64,000 nucleotides of DNA from an uncultured Lachnospira sp. (GTDB lineage: Bacteria; Bacillota; Clostridia; Lachnospirales; Lachnospiraceae), in NCBI GenBank assembly GCA_964482965.1, contig CAYZZP010000014.1:552-64551 (forward strand), given 5' to 3'. Below the pieces are notes generated by a model. It was given only the letters and a program-made list of their open reading frames with translations. It was not told the DNA's origin and made no database searches. This document shows, piece after piece, positions 48,390 to 57,426 of this stretch. How positions within the stretch are numbered: position 1 is the first letter of the stretch; every line of letters begins with the position of its first letter. The position numbers and the translations under genes were made by a program.

Positions 48390-49307
48390 ATGAAGAATAA
48401 AAGAGTAATTATAGCGACGGCGGCTGCGGTAGCAGCGGTAGCGGTTATTTCAGGTATTGCGTTGTTTCTTGCAGCGCCTCTTTTTGGCGGCGGAGGACAG
48501 CAGGGTAGTGAAAAAAGCGGAGCTGAAATTTTAAAAGCAGCAGGAAGTGATTTTAGAGGTAAATTTGGCGGTATTATGTCAATATCAACGTCAACTTCAT
48601 TATCAGCAGAGGGCGTGTTGGAGCAAATGACTAAGTATGACGGCTGGATTGATATAGAGGAGGCTGTTATTAACGGAACGGATTATACAGAGGGCGGAGT
48701 ATTGCATTATGAATTGTCCGACCTTTTGAATGACAGCAATGTTTCTGACAATGAAATTATCTCCGCAGCTGAAAAAGTTGATGAGGAAATGATTAAGCAG
48801 TATCAGAAAATTGGGGAGAAATTGTCAGGATATATGGTTAATGCTGTTGAGACAGTAGTGGACGCCGGCGCATATGAAAAGCAGCAGGGAATGGTGAAGC
48901 TGTCAATAGGGGATGAGACAATAGATGTGGAGGCGTATAAGGTCACAATCCCTGTGTCGGCTATTATCAGCAGTACAGAAAATGCTATAGATAATATATT
49001 TAACGATGCCGATATTGCACCATATATAACAATGCTTAAGGCGGTGGGAGTTAAGCTTGACAGGGATGAAATGAAAAAAGTGCTGAGAGAGCGGCTTAGT
49101 ATGGAAAGCGTATATTTTACAATGTATGTAAAGGATGATACTCTGTGCGGCTTGTATATGGATGGAACGTGGTATGACAATGCTTCCGGAGATAAGGCGG
49201 AATATTTATTCTGGAATAATAAATTTGGATTTAATATTAAGGTGAATGATTATAAAGGAAATAGCTGCAGTTTTAAAGCAAACGGAAAAATAGAGCCAAA
49301 TGCTTAA
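48390..49307 (+). CDS. Hypothetical N-terminally anchored/secreted protein
   Basis: MKNKR plus long hydrophobic helix; no recognisable domain. Confidence 0.7.
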   Translation: MKNKRVIIATAAAVAAVAVISGIALFLAAPLFGGGGQQGSEKSGAEILKAAGSDFRGKFGGIMSISTSTSLSAEGVLEQMTKYDGWIDIEEAVINGTDYTEGGVLHYELSDLLNDSNVSDNEIISAAEKVDEEMIKQYQKIGEKLSGYMVNAVETVVDAGAYEKQQGMVKLSIGDETIDVEAYKVTIPVSAIISSTENAIDNIFNDADIAPYITMLKAVGVKLDRDEMKKVLRERLSMESVYFTMYVKDDTLCGLYMDGTWYDNASGDKAEYLFWNNKFGFNIKVNDYKGNSCSFKANGKIEPNA

Positions 49308-49346
49308 AAGTGAAAATAATAATTAAAGGGGTGAAAATAACCATAA

Positions 49347-49382
49347 AGACTCCGGGCGTTATAGTATGCGTCCGGAGTCTTG
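49347..49382. terminator. Bidirectional terminator
   Basis: AAGACTCCGG...CCGGAGTCTT between convergent genes. Confidence 0.75.
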
Positions 49383-49401
49383 CATTGTGAATTTTTTGTA
49401 A

Positions 49402-50544
49402 TCAGTCATACACAATATATGTGTTATAGCGGAAACGACGAAGTCTAAGCTCCATTTTTATGGCGTTGGTAAGAACCTGAAAAGCTCCGACCTGCACCTT
49501 GTAATAGCCGTCTTCCTGAATCATAAATGCCGGGAAGCCCTCAACTAAAAGTGAATTTAACAGGCGGTCGGCATTTTCTTTGTTTCTGTAGGCGCCAACC
49601 TGCACACGGTAGAGTTTATCGTCTGACATCTCGTTGCTGCGTTGCATATAATTGTTGTTTTGGCTGAAATTATTGCTGCGGTCAAAATCTCTGTTCATAT
49701 TGAAATTGTTGTTGCGGTCAAAGTCATTGTCCTGGTTAAAGTTGTTGCTGCGATTAAAATCGTTGACCGGATTAAAATTATCATTTTGGTCAAAATCATT
49801 GCTTTGGTTGAAGCCGCTGTTTCTGTTCAGATTATCGTTTTGCTCGGCATTGTCATTGCGGTTTGCGCTGTTATTTCTGTTGAAATTATCGCTGTCGCCA
49901 AAATCATCGGTCATGTTATAATTGCTGCCGTTGTCAAAATTATTGCTTCGGTTATAGTTATCAGGCGCGATATAATCGCCGGGAGCCTCTACGTCTGTTT
50001 TGGTGGCTCCTGAGTATATGGTGTTTAAAATGCCGTCGGCGATAGCCTGCGCTATTTCATCAAATTTACTGTCAAAAAGCGCATTGTCTGCATCTGTATT
50101 GATAAAACCGGCTTCTACAAGGACGGCGGGCATGCGGGTGCGCCGTAAAACTACAAGATTAGGGCGCTCGGAAACCCCTATGTCAGTGAAGCCTACATTT
50201 GTCAGCTCTTTATTAATATTGTTGGCAAGGGTGTAGGCGGTTCCTGAATTTCTGAAGACAAGGGATTCAATGCCGCTGTACTGGTTAGGGTATTCTGATG
50301 AGTTGCGGTGAATAGATACAAAAAGATCTGCATTTGCATTATTAGCATCTGTTGCCTTTTTGAAAGGAGTTTCATATTCATCGTCCATGCGGACGTAAAA
50401 TACGTTGACGCCATTATTTTCAAGAATGTTGCCAACCGCTTTAGTAAGGTTTAGTACGTCATCTTTTTCGAGTCTGTTACCATATCTGGCACCGGGGTCG
50501 CTTCCGCCGTGACCTGCATCGAGGGCAACTGTAACGTTGGACAT
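49402..50544 (-). CDS. N-acetylmuramoyl-L-alanine amidase (Amidase_3 + SPOR, CwlC-like) with Asn-rich repeat linker
   Basis: LDAGHGGSDPGA, FVSIHRN, PAVLVEAGFI; SPOR YRVQVGAY..NA and YKVQVGAF. Confidence 0.92.
   Translation of the reverse strand: MSNVTVALDAGHGGSDPGARYGNRLEKDDVLNLTKAVGNILENNGVNVFYVRMDDEYETPFKKATDANNANADLFVSIHRNSSEYPNQYSGIESLVFRNSGTAYTLANNINKELTNVGFTDIGVSERPNLVVLRRTRMPAVLVEAGFINTDADNALFDSKFDEIAQAIADGILNTIYSGATKTDVEAPGDYIAPDNYNRSNNFDNGSNYNMTDDFGDSDNFNRNNSANRNDNAEQNDNLNRNSGFNQSNDFDQNDNFNPVNDFNRSNNFNQDNDFDRNNNFNMNRDFDRSNNFSQNNNYMQRSNEMSDDKLYRVQVGAYRNKENADRLLNSLLVEGFPAFMIQEDGYYKVQVGAFQVLTNAIKMELRLRRFRYNTYIVYD
49648..49953 (-). repeat. 17 x 18-bp degenerate in-frame hexapeptide repeat
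   Basis: NRSNNF DNGSNY NMTDDF ... DRSNNF SQNNNY; 306 bp = 17 x 18. Confidence 0.88.
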
Positions 50545-50573
50545 AATGCCTCCTAAAAGGATGTTATCACCTT

Positions 50574-50642
50574 ATTATATGCTGCTTTACTGCAAAATTT
50601 ACAATATAATTCAGAATAGCGCAGAGCAGGCTGTCATATATT
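50574..50642. promoter_or_regulatory. Back-to-back candidate sporulation-sigma (SigE/SigK-type) promoters
   Basis: Minus CATATAAT (50574-50581) before the amidase; plus GAATA-16-CATATATT (50614-50642) before sleC. Confidence 0.45.
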
Positions 50643-50675
50643 AGGTTAAGAGTTTTGAAATAAAACAGGAGACAT

Positions 50676-51929
50676 ATGAATAGAAGAGTATATGCAAACC
50701 AGACAGATAGCGGAAGGCTGAGGGTAAACGTCACTGACATAGTATCCTCAAGACCTATAAACGACGCCATTGTCAGAATTTCTTATACAGGAAATCCCGA
50801 CAGTGTTATAGAGGAGCTTGTGACGGATTCAAGCGGGCAGACTGATATGATAGAACTGCCTGCGCCGCCTTTGGAGTACAGCATGGAACCGAGTATTAAC
50901 CAGCCATACTCAGAATATACCATAACTGTAAATGCCAGAGATTATGAGCCGTTCTCTGTGTCCGGGTCGGAAATATTTTCAGGGGAAACCAGTATTCAGG
51001 GGACTGCGCTTATGGCTTCAGGGATAGATACCACACCGGATAACATAGTAATCCCTGCCAATACGTTATTTGGCGACTTTCCGTCGAAAATACCTGAAAA
51101 TGAAATACAGCCGGTGCCGCAGCAGGGTGAGATTGTACTTAGCAGAGTGGTTGTGCCTGAGACGGTGGTTGTCCACGACGGCTCTCCTTCTGATTCTACC
51201 GCTAAGAATTACTATGTTCCATACAGGGATTATATAAAAAATGTTGCCAGCAGCGAGATATATTCTACATGGCCGAGGGCTACCATTGAGGCAAACGTAT
51301 TGGCGATTATGTCATTTACTTTAAACAGAGTATATACAGAGTTTTATAGAAACAGGGGGTATGATTTTACAATTACCTCATCAACAGCCTACGACCACAA
51401 ATGGATAAATCAGCGAAATATATTTACCAGCATAGCAAATGTTGTTGACAATATATTTGACAGGTATCTCTCAAGACCAAATGTAAAGCAGCCTATACTG
51501 ACTCAGTATTGCGACGGCGTGCGTGTGACCTGCCCTAACTGGCTCAGCCAATGGGGAAGCAAAAATCTGGGAGATCAGAATTACAGTGCAATTCAGATAT
51601 TAAGGTACTATTACGGAGATGATATGTACATTAATTCAGCAGAGGAAATAAGCGGCATACCTGCCTCATGGCCGGGAAGCAATCTTGATATAGGCTCCAG
51701 CGGGCAGAAGGTAAAGCAGATGCAGGAGCAGTTAAATCTCATAGGAGAATTTTATAATGCAATCCCTTACCTTGTGCCGGACGGCATATACGGAGAACGA
51801 ACTGCACAGGCAGTAAGAACATTTCAGAGATTGTTTGACCTTCCGCAGACAGGCGTGGTTGATTTTCCGACATGGTATAAGATATCAGACTGGTATGTGA
51901 GACTTTCGGGAATTGCGGAGCTGCAGTAA
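50676..51929 (+). CDS. sleC: SleC-like spore cortex-lytic enzyme (pro-domain, SpoIID-like domain, PG-binding domain)
   Basis: VLSRVVVPETVVVHDG, YIKNVASSEIYSTWP, QYCDG..SQWGS, DGIYGERTAQAVRTFQ. Confidence 0.88.
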   Translation: MNRRVYANQTDSGRLRVNVTDIVSSRPINDAIVRISYTGNPDSVIEELVTDSSGQTDMIELPAPPLEYSMEPSINQPYSEYTITVNARDYEPFSVSGSEIFSGETSIQGTALMASGIDTTPDNIVIPANTLFGDFPSKIPENEIQPVPQQGEIVLSRVVVPETVVVHDGSPSDSTAKNYYVPYRDYIKNVASSEIYSTWPRATIEANVLAIMSFTLNRVYTEFYRNRGYDFTITSSTAYDHKWINQRNIFTSIANVVDNIFDRYLSRPNVKQPILTQYCDGVRVTCPNWLSQWGSKNLGDQNYSAIQILRYYYGDDMYINSAEEISGIPASWPGSNLDIGSSGQKVKQMQEQLNLIGEFYNAIPYLVPDGIYGERTAQAVRTFQRLFDLPQTGVVDFPTWYKISDWYVRLSGIAELQ

Positions 51930-51973
51930 ATGAAGTACTGAAAGCGGAGAAATTGAAGCCGGAACACAAGAAG

Positions 51974-52030
51974 CAAAAAACGGAAAAAAGGGCGGGCCAC
52001 ATTTTTTGCGGCTTCGCCCGTTTTTTGTTT
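51974..52030. terminator. Bidirectional terminator
   Basis: A-run, GGGCG..CGCCC stem, T-run between convergent sleC and degV. Confidence 0.65.
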
Positions 52031-52093
52031 CATATACTAATCTGATGTATCCGCTTTATTGAAAATTCTGTAAAATCAGCAGAAGCTAAGGTC

Positions 52094-52960
52094 TTATCGG
52101 TTTTCTCCCATAAAGAAGAGTGCAACAGTTCCCGGACCTGAGTGTGCGCCTATTGTAGGACATATATAGTTGATTACAACATCCATTCCAAAGCGTTCCT
52201 TTACCTTGTCGGCAACGAATTGTGCGTCCTCAAGGCAGTCGCCATGTGATATGAATACTTTGTCAGTCTCATTTTTATAGCTGCCGATAATTTTTTCCAT
52301 ACGGTCTACAAGGTCTAAAAGGGATTTTTTACGTCCGCGTACCTTTCCGATGGCAATAAGCTTTCCTTCATTATCTACATGAAGAATTGGCTTTATGCTG
52401 GCGATGGAGCCGATAATGGCAGTCGCCTTTGAAACGCGTCCGCCTCTGTGAAGATGGAACAAATCATCGACAGTGAACAGGTGGACAAAGTTAAGGGCGT
52501 GGGCTTGTATGTACTCGGCGACATCTTCCATAGCCTTGCCCTCATTTTTTAACTGCACTGCCCGGTAAACCATAAGACCTTCACCCATAGAGGCGGCATA
52601 AGAATCAATAACGGTAATTTTCACGCCGGGATATTCTTCCATAACCTCTTTGGCGGCGATGCATACATTGTTGTAGCTGCTTGAAAGCCCTGATGAAAAT
52701 GCAATATGAAGAATGTTAAGACCCTCTGCAGCGCGCTTTCTGAATACAGAAGCGGCATCCTCAGGATTGATTGCCATAGTTGTAGGCATCTCTCCGCTTC
52801 TCATTCTGCTATAAAATTCCTTTTCTGTCAGACTGTTTTCTGCATTATAAATTTCATCTCCAAATGCGTAAAAAAGCGTCAGTACGTCAATGTTATTAGC
52901 CTTAATATATTCCATAGGCAAATCGGCAGTGTTATCTGTTGAAATAATGTAATTTCTCAT
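52094..52960 (-). CDS. DegV-family fatty-acid-binding protein (FakB-like)
   Basis: STDNTADLP, FSSGLSSSY, LHRGGRVS, IGAHSGPG; GGAG before ATG 52960. Confidence 0.92.
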   Translation of the reverse strand: MRNYIISTDNTADLPMEYIKANNIDVLTLFYAFGDEIYNAENSLTEKEFYSRMRSGEMPTTMAINPEDAASVFRKRAAEGLNILHIAFSSGLSSSYNNVCIAAKEVMEEYPGVKITVIDSYAASMGEGLMVYRAVQLKNEGKAMEDVAEYIQAHALNFVHLFTVDDLFHLHRGGRVSKATAIIGSIASIKPILHVDNEGKLIAIGKVRGRKKSLLDLVDRMEKIIGSYKNETDKVFISHGDCLEDAQFVADKVKERFGMDVVINYICPTIGAHSGPGTVALFFMGENR

Positions 52961-53139
52961 AAAAATCTCCATTTTTAAATTATATTTGCAAAAATTCTTT
53001 ACAAATTATATTATACAACCATAAAGGTTTAATAGCAAATATACTTTATTAATTATTTGTTATAAATTTGTGTCGAATTTTGTATTTTTTTAGGAAAATA
53101 ATTTTGAAAATTAATTCAAAAAATAATTTAAAAAATGTA

Positions 53140-53168
53140 TTGACAAAGTATAATTGTAATGATATTAT
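53140..53168 (+). promoter_or_regulatory. SigA promoter of the infC operon
   Basis: TTGACA-17-TATTAT with extended TG. Confidence 0.85.
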
Positions 53169-53184
53169 TCAATAGTTGCAAAAC

Positions 53185-53318
53185 AAAGCAGAGCGTCCAC
53201 TCTCACCTTAGCGTATCGGCGACTTGGGTTAATACTTTTTACAGGATATAGGTTTATCAGACTGTTTTTGCGCCTGTAGATGTATGAGTGTGGATAGCAT
53301 ATCTATCCACTTTTTTTG
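53185..53318 (+). ncRNA. Ribosomal protein L20 leader
   Basis: AAGCAGAGCGTCCACTCTCACC...GGGTT...TGAGTGTGGA, overlapping terminator GTGGATAG..CTATCCAC-T7, upstream of infC-rpmI-rplT. Confidence 0.85.
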
Positions 53319-53346
53319 CGTTATCTGATTATGGAGGTGCACTACT

Positions 53347-53853
53347 ATTAGCGAATTAATGATTAACGAGCAGATTAGGGATAAGGAGATCCGCGTTATC
53401 GGAGAGAACGGGGAACAGCTTGGCGTTATGTCGCCGAAGGATGCGATGAAGCTTGCAAGGGAAGCAGAGGTAGATTTAGTTAAGATAGCTCCTGCTGCGA
53501 CACCACCTGTTTGTAAGCTTATTGATTACGGCAAGTATAAGTATGAACTAATCAGAAAAGAGAAAGAAGCAAAGAAAAAGCAGAAGACGGTTGAGGTTAA
53601 GGAAGTAAGACTTTCGCCGAATATTGATGTCAATGATCTCAATACCAAGTGTAACTCTGCAAGAAAATTCATCGAAAAAGGCAATAAGGTGAAGGTAACA
53701 CTTCGCTTTAGGGGTCGTGAGATGGCACATGTTGATAGCAGCAAGCACATTTTGGCAGATTTTGCTGAGAAGTTAAGTGATATTGCAGTAATTGAGAAGG
53801 CTCCTAAGATGGAAGGCAGGAGTATGATGATGTTTTTAACTGAAAAACGTTAA
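53347..53853 (+). CDS. infC: Translation initiation factor IF-3 (ATT start at 53347)
   Basis: [31 protein letters not shown]; GGAGG spaced for the in-frame ATT, not ATG 53359. Confidence 0.95.
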   Translation: MSELMINEQIRDKEIRVIGENGEQLGVMSPKDAMKLAREAEVDLVKIAPAATPPVCKLIDYGKYKYELIRKEKEAKKKQKTVEVKEVRLSPNIDVNDLNTKCNSARKFIEKGNKVKVTLRFRGREMAHVDSSKHILADFAEKLSDIAVIEKAPKMEGRSMMMFLTEKR

Positions 53854-53899
53854 AATAAATTACAATATTAACAAGAGGAATTTATTCAGGAGGTTATTT

Positions 53900-54097
53900 A
53901 TGCATAAGGTTAAGACAAAGAAAGCCGCTGCAAAGCGTTTCAAGGCTACAGCTACAGGTAAGTTAAAGAGAATGAAGGCGTATAAGAGCCATATCCTTAC
54001 TAAGAAGTCTACAAAGAGAAAGAGAAACTTAAGGCACGCAACTATGACAGATGCTACTAATGTAAAGACAATGAAGAAGATTATGCCATATCTCTAA
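53900..54097 (+). CDS. rpmI: 50S ribosomal protein L35
   Basis: [25 protein letters not shown]. Confidence 0.97.
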   Translation: MHKVKTKKAAAKRFKATATGKLKRMKAYKSHILTKKSTKRKRNLRHATMTDATNVKTMKKIMPYL

Positions 54098-54133
54098 TAC
54101 AGGGCATAGGGTATATTAAGGAGGAATATAAAA

Positions 54134-54490
54134 ATGGCAAGAATTAAAGGCGGAATGAACGCAAAGAAGAAGCATAACAAAGTATTAAAGCTCGCTAAGG
54201 GTTATAGAGGCGCCAGATCAAAGCAGTACAGAGTTGCAAAGCAGTCTGTAATGAGGGCTCTTACAGAGTCTTATAAGGGAAGAAAGCAGAAGAAGAGACA
54301 ATTCAGACAGTTATGGATTGCCAGAATTAACGCTGCTGCAAGAATCAACGGTTTATCATACAGCAAATTTATGTATGGTTTAAAGCTTGCTAATGTAGAC
54401 CTTAACAGAAAGGTATTGTCAGAGATGGCAATTAATGATGCAGAAGGATTTGCAAAGCTTGCAGAGCTTGCAAAATCTAAGGTGGCTTAA
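54134..54490 (+). CDS. rplT: 50S ribosomal protein L20
   Basis: [35 protein letters not shown]. Confidence 0.97.
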   Translation: MARIKGGMNAKKKHNKVLKLAKGYRGARSKQYRVAKQSVMRALTESYKGRKQKKRQFRQLWIARINAAARINGLSYSKFMYGLKLANVDLNRKVLSEMAINDAEGFAKLAELAKSKVA

Positions 54491-54532
54491 TAGATTGGTA
54501 CATTTGAACATATATCGGTAAATCCGGTTAGT

Positions 54533-54566
54533 TTTGCCCTCGTATTAGATTGCGGGGGCAGTTTTA
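54533..54566 (+). terminator. Terminator after rplT
   Basis: TGCCCTCG...GCGGGGCA followed by GTTTT. Confidence 0.65.
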
Positions 54567-54734
54567 CTTCCGTACAGTTTCCCCTGATACTGAAATATGT
54601 TTTTTGGTGAACCCTTTGGGACGACTGGTAAAAAGTTTGAAAATAATGTGAAAAAATGACGATAATACTATGAAAATTGTAATAAATGTGTTATAAATAA
54701 TATGTTTGCTACAATTATGAAAGGCATGGATATT

Positions 54735-55778
54735 ATGAAAAAGAATATTTTAAAAAAAGCCGGCGTATCAGTTCTTGCATTAGTTATGGTAACAGGACTG
54801 CTTGCCTGCAATACTAAGATAGAGGTTCAGTATGATTATGACGCCAGCCAGTATGTGAAGCTGGGACAGTATAAAGATATTGAGGTGTCTGTTGATATAG
54901 AGACCATAGAAAACGAGCTTATTCAGAACAGAGTATTGAGCGATCAGAAGGAGAATACATATTACACTGAGACTGCAAGAGAGGCGCAGGAAGGCGACCA
55001 GGTTACCATAGATTTTACAGGAAGCATCGGCGGTGTGGAGATAGATGGTTTCAGTAATGAAGATTACGCTATGATTCTCGGTACGGATACATTTGTTATT
55101 GATGGTTTTGTGGACGAACTTTATGGAATGAAGAGCGGCGATATAAAGATTGTTACCCTTACGGTTCCTACGGATTTTTCAAGCGCCTCTGAGTATGCGG
55201 GCCGAAAAATCGTGTACGAGATAAGCATGAAAACTGTTGAGCAGCCTAACGTACCTATGATTACTGACGGCTATGTAAAAGAAAAGTATAATTGCGATAC
55301 AGTGGCTGATTATAAGGCTAAAATAAAAAGCGAGCTGCAGTCGGATATAGATTCTCAGATACTTTCGGAAAAGAAAGAGAAGGTTCTTGAGCTGATATAC
55401 AAAAACTGTGAAATTTTAGGATATCCTGAGGAATATTTACAGGAAAAAACAGAAGAGTTAGAGAACTCGCTCAGCTTTTATTCAGTTTTGAAAGATATGA
55501 CTAACGATGAATATTGTCAGGAATATTTTGGCGTAAGCTTCGACGAGTATGTAAAGAAAACAGTTGAGCAGGATGCGATTATGCAGCTTATTGTAAAGGA
55601 AGAAAATCTTTCGGTTACAGAGTACGAATATAAAGATAATCTTGCAGCTTTTGCGCTTGATATGGGCTACTCCAGCAAGGAAACATTTGTGGAGAAGTTC
55701 GGCAAGAATATGATTGTAAAAAATATGCTATACCAGAAGGCTCAGAATCTTGTAGTGGAGAGCGCAACAATTAAATAG
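54735..55778 (+). CDS. Trigger-factor-like lipoprotein (FKBP PPIase and C-terminal domain, no ribosome-binding domain)
   Basis: Signal peptide with lipobox LLAC; KLGQYKDIEV, GDQVTIDFTGSIGG, FVIDGFVDELYGMK. Confidence 0.8.
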   Translation: MKKNILKKAGVSVLALVMVTGLLACNTKIEVQYDYDASQYVKLGQYKDIEVSVDIETIENELIQNRVLSDQKENTYYTETAREAQEGDQVTIDFTGSIGGVEIDGFSNEDYAMILGTDTFVIDGFVDELYGMKSGDIKIVTLTVPTDFSSASEYAGRKIVYEISMKTVEQPNVPMITDGYVKEKYNCDTVADYKAKIKSELQSDIDSQILSEKKEKVLELIYKNCEILGYPEEYLQEKTEELENSLSFYSVLKDMTNDEYCQEYFGVSFDEYVKKTVEQDAIMQLIVKEENLSVTEYEYKDNLAAFALDMGYSSKETFVEKFGKNMIVKNMLYQKAQNLVVESATIK

Positions 55779-55818
55779 TAATATATTATAAAATCATTGT
55801 AAAATATTTAAAAATCAG

Positions 55819-55873
55819 AAATATCCATAATCCGGCAAGGTGCGAAAACCTTGTGGTTTGTGGATATTTTTTT
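55819..55873. terminator. Terminator hairpin
   Basis: AAATATCCA..CAAGG..CCTTG..TGGATATTT followed by T run. Confidence 0.7.
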
Positions 55874-55914
55874 GCTTGGAAAAATTTGAACCGTGAAAAA
55901 ATTTAACCTATAAA

Positions 55915-56079
55915 TTATAAATTCTCCTTTGTATAATTATATGTCCTGAATCCGGCAGGGCGATGCTTTTGCTCGCACTCTATACCTAAAAGACCGCCGA
56001 GAATAAGGGCTAAGAGTATTCTAAGCGCTACGGACACAATATTAATTTCTTTCAGTAATGGGATTGTCTCCAGATACAT
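55915..56079 (-). pseudogene. Truncated MgtC/SapB-family gene (54 aa)
   Basis: GGAGG RBS then MYLETIPLLKEINIVSVALRILLALILGGLLGIECEQKHRPAGFRTYNYTKENL*; family motif stops abruptly after AGFRTY. Confidence 0.85.
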
Positions 56080-56097
56080 AATGCCACCTCCGTAATT

Positions 56098-56541
56098 TTA
56101 TTTAGTTCCTGTAGAACCGAAGCCTCCTTCTCCTCTTACGGAATCCACAAGACTATCGGTCTCCTCAAATGCCGCCGTTATATATGGGGTTAAAACAAGC
56201 TGTGCAATTCTGTCGCCGGGAGCCACTGTGAGAGCCTCCTTTGAGTGATTGTAAAGAGCCACAATAATTTCTCCTCTGTAGTCGGAATCTATAACGCCAA
56301 CCTTATTTGCAGGGGCAACGCCCTTTTTGCAAGCCATTCCGCTTCTTGCGTACACAAGCCCCACAAGGCCGGCAGGGATTTCAAGGGCAATTCCCGTATG
56401 TATAAACTGTGTTTCGCCGGGATTGATTACTACGGCATCCTCCATTGCGGCGTAGAGGTCTGCTCCCGCTGCAAATTCAGTACCATAGGCAGGGATAACC
56501 GCGTTGTCTGTAAGTTTTTTTAATTTTACTGTCTGTGTCAT
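56098..56541 (-). CDS. dut: dUTPase (trimeric)
   Basis: AGADL, ARSG, GVIDSDYRGE, RIAQL, RGEGGFGSTG; GAGG before ATG 56541. Confidence 0.95.
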   Translation of the reverse strand: MTQTVKLKKLTDNAVIPAYGTEFAAGADLYAAMEDAVVINPGETQFIHTGIALEIPAGLVGLVYARSGMACKKGVAPANKVGVIDSDYRGEIIVALYNHSKEALTVAPGDRIAQLVLTPYITAAFEETDSLVDSVRGEGGFGSTGTK

Positions 56542-56677
56542 GTATGTTTCCTCTTTCTTATATTTATATTTAATATCATCGGTTTTAACCGAATAGTATA
56601 TTTTTTGCTGAATGGCCATGTTGGTATCTGCAAAGAAAATCTGATTGCGGCAGAATTATTTAAAATACCGGAGCCGC

Positions 56678-57196
56678 TTAAAAAAGTAACACTACTTCCC
56701 CTGATTTTAAAGATTCCTGAACCAATATGGTCCGCTGGTTTTCTGAGCCTTTAAACTTGAGCATAATATTTTTTAAATTTATGTCAAATTTGCCGTCCAC
56801 AAGAACGTCTATATATGACAGCATTTCGTTGGTTTCCGGCCATTTTATGCACATTTCATCCAAAATCTGTTTGTCGAAAAGGTAACCGGTAAAGCACCAG
56901 ATATCTTTCTTCGGATACTGTTCTTTTACCTTGCGAAGCAGCGGCAGAAGTCCTGTCTGGTTGCTGTGTTCAAAAGGCTCTCCGCCAAGCAGCGTCAGCC
57001 CTGTAATGTAATCGGGAGCGAGGGAACGCAGGATTTCGTCAATAGTTTCATTTGTAAATGGCTTGCCGTAATTAAAATCCCATGCAATCTCATTAAAACA
57101 GCCCTCGCAGTGATGGGTGCAGCCGCTCACAAAAAGAGATGTACGCACGCCGGGACCGTTGGCAATATCATTATATTTAATTTCAGCATAATTCAT
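56678..57196 (-). CDS. nrdG: Anaerobic ribonucleotide reductase activating protein
   Basis: NGPGVRTSLFVSGCTHHCEGCFN, LLGGEP, DVLVDG, GSENQR; GAGG before ATG 57196. Confidence 0.93.
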   Translation of the reverse strand: MNYAEIKYNDIANGPGVRTSLFVSGCTHHCEGCFNEIAWDFNYGKPFTNETIDEILRSLAPDYITGLTLLGGEPFEHSNQTGLLPLLRKVKEQYPKKDIWCFTGYLFDKQILDEMCIKWPETNEMLSYIDVLVDGKFDINLKNIMLKFKGSENQRTILVQESLKSGEVVLLF

Positions 57197-57426
57197 TGCA
57201 GATACCTCGCAAAAAATGTAGTATAATATCATTAAAAAGATACAATTTTATAATCCAATAATTATTAAATGCATTATATCAAAAATGAGTATTGTTTTAA
57301 AGTGCGCTTTTTCTGTACATTTTATGTCAGAGCGGTATGTTTCAGTGGAAAATACTTTTTTTTGTGCTATTATTTAAAAAGAAGGTACAATTAAAGACGA
57401 CTTTTAATGCGATAGGAGAAAGTGCA

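Noticed and set aside
49642-50013. Hydrophobic plus-strand ORFs (123 aa, 89 aa)
   Set aside because: Antisense shadows of the Asn-rich amidase repeat
55932-56037. Apparent plus-strand structured ncRNA (TATAAT, then GTCC...GGAC closing stem)
   Set aside because: The minus strand is a clear MgtC-like coding fragment with an RBS, which explains the sequence; the pairings are short and probably chance
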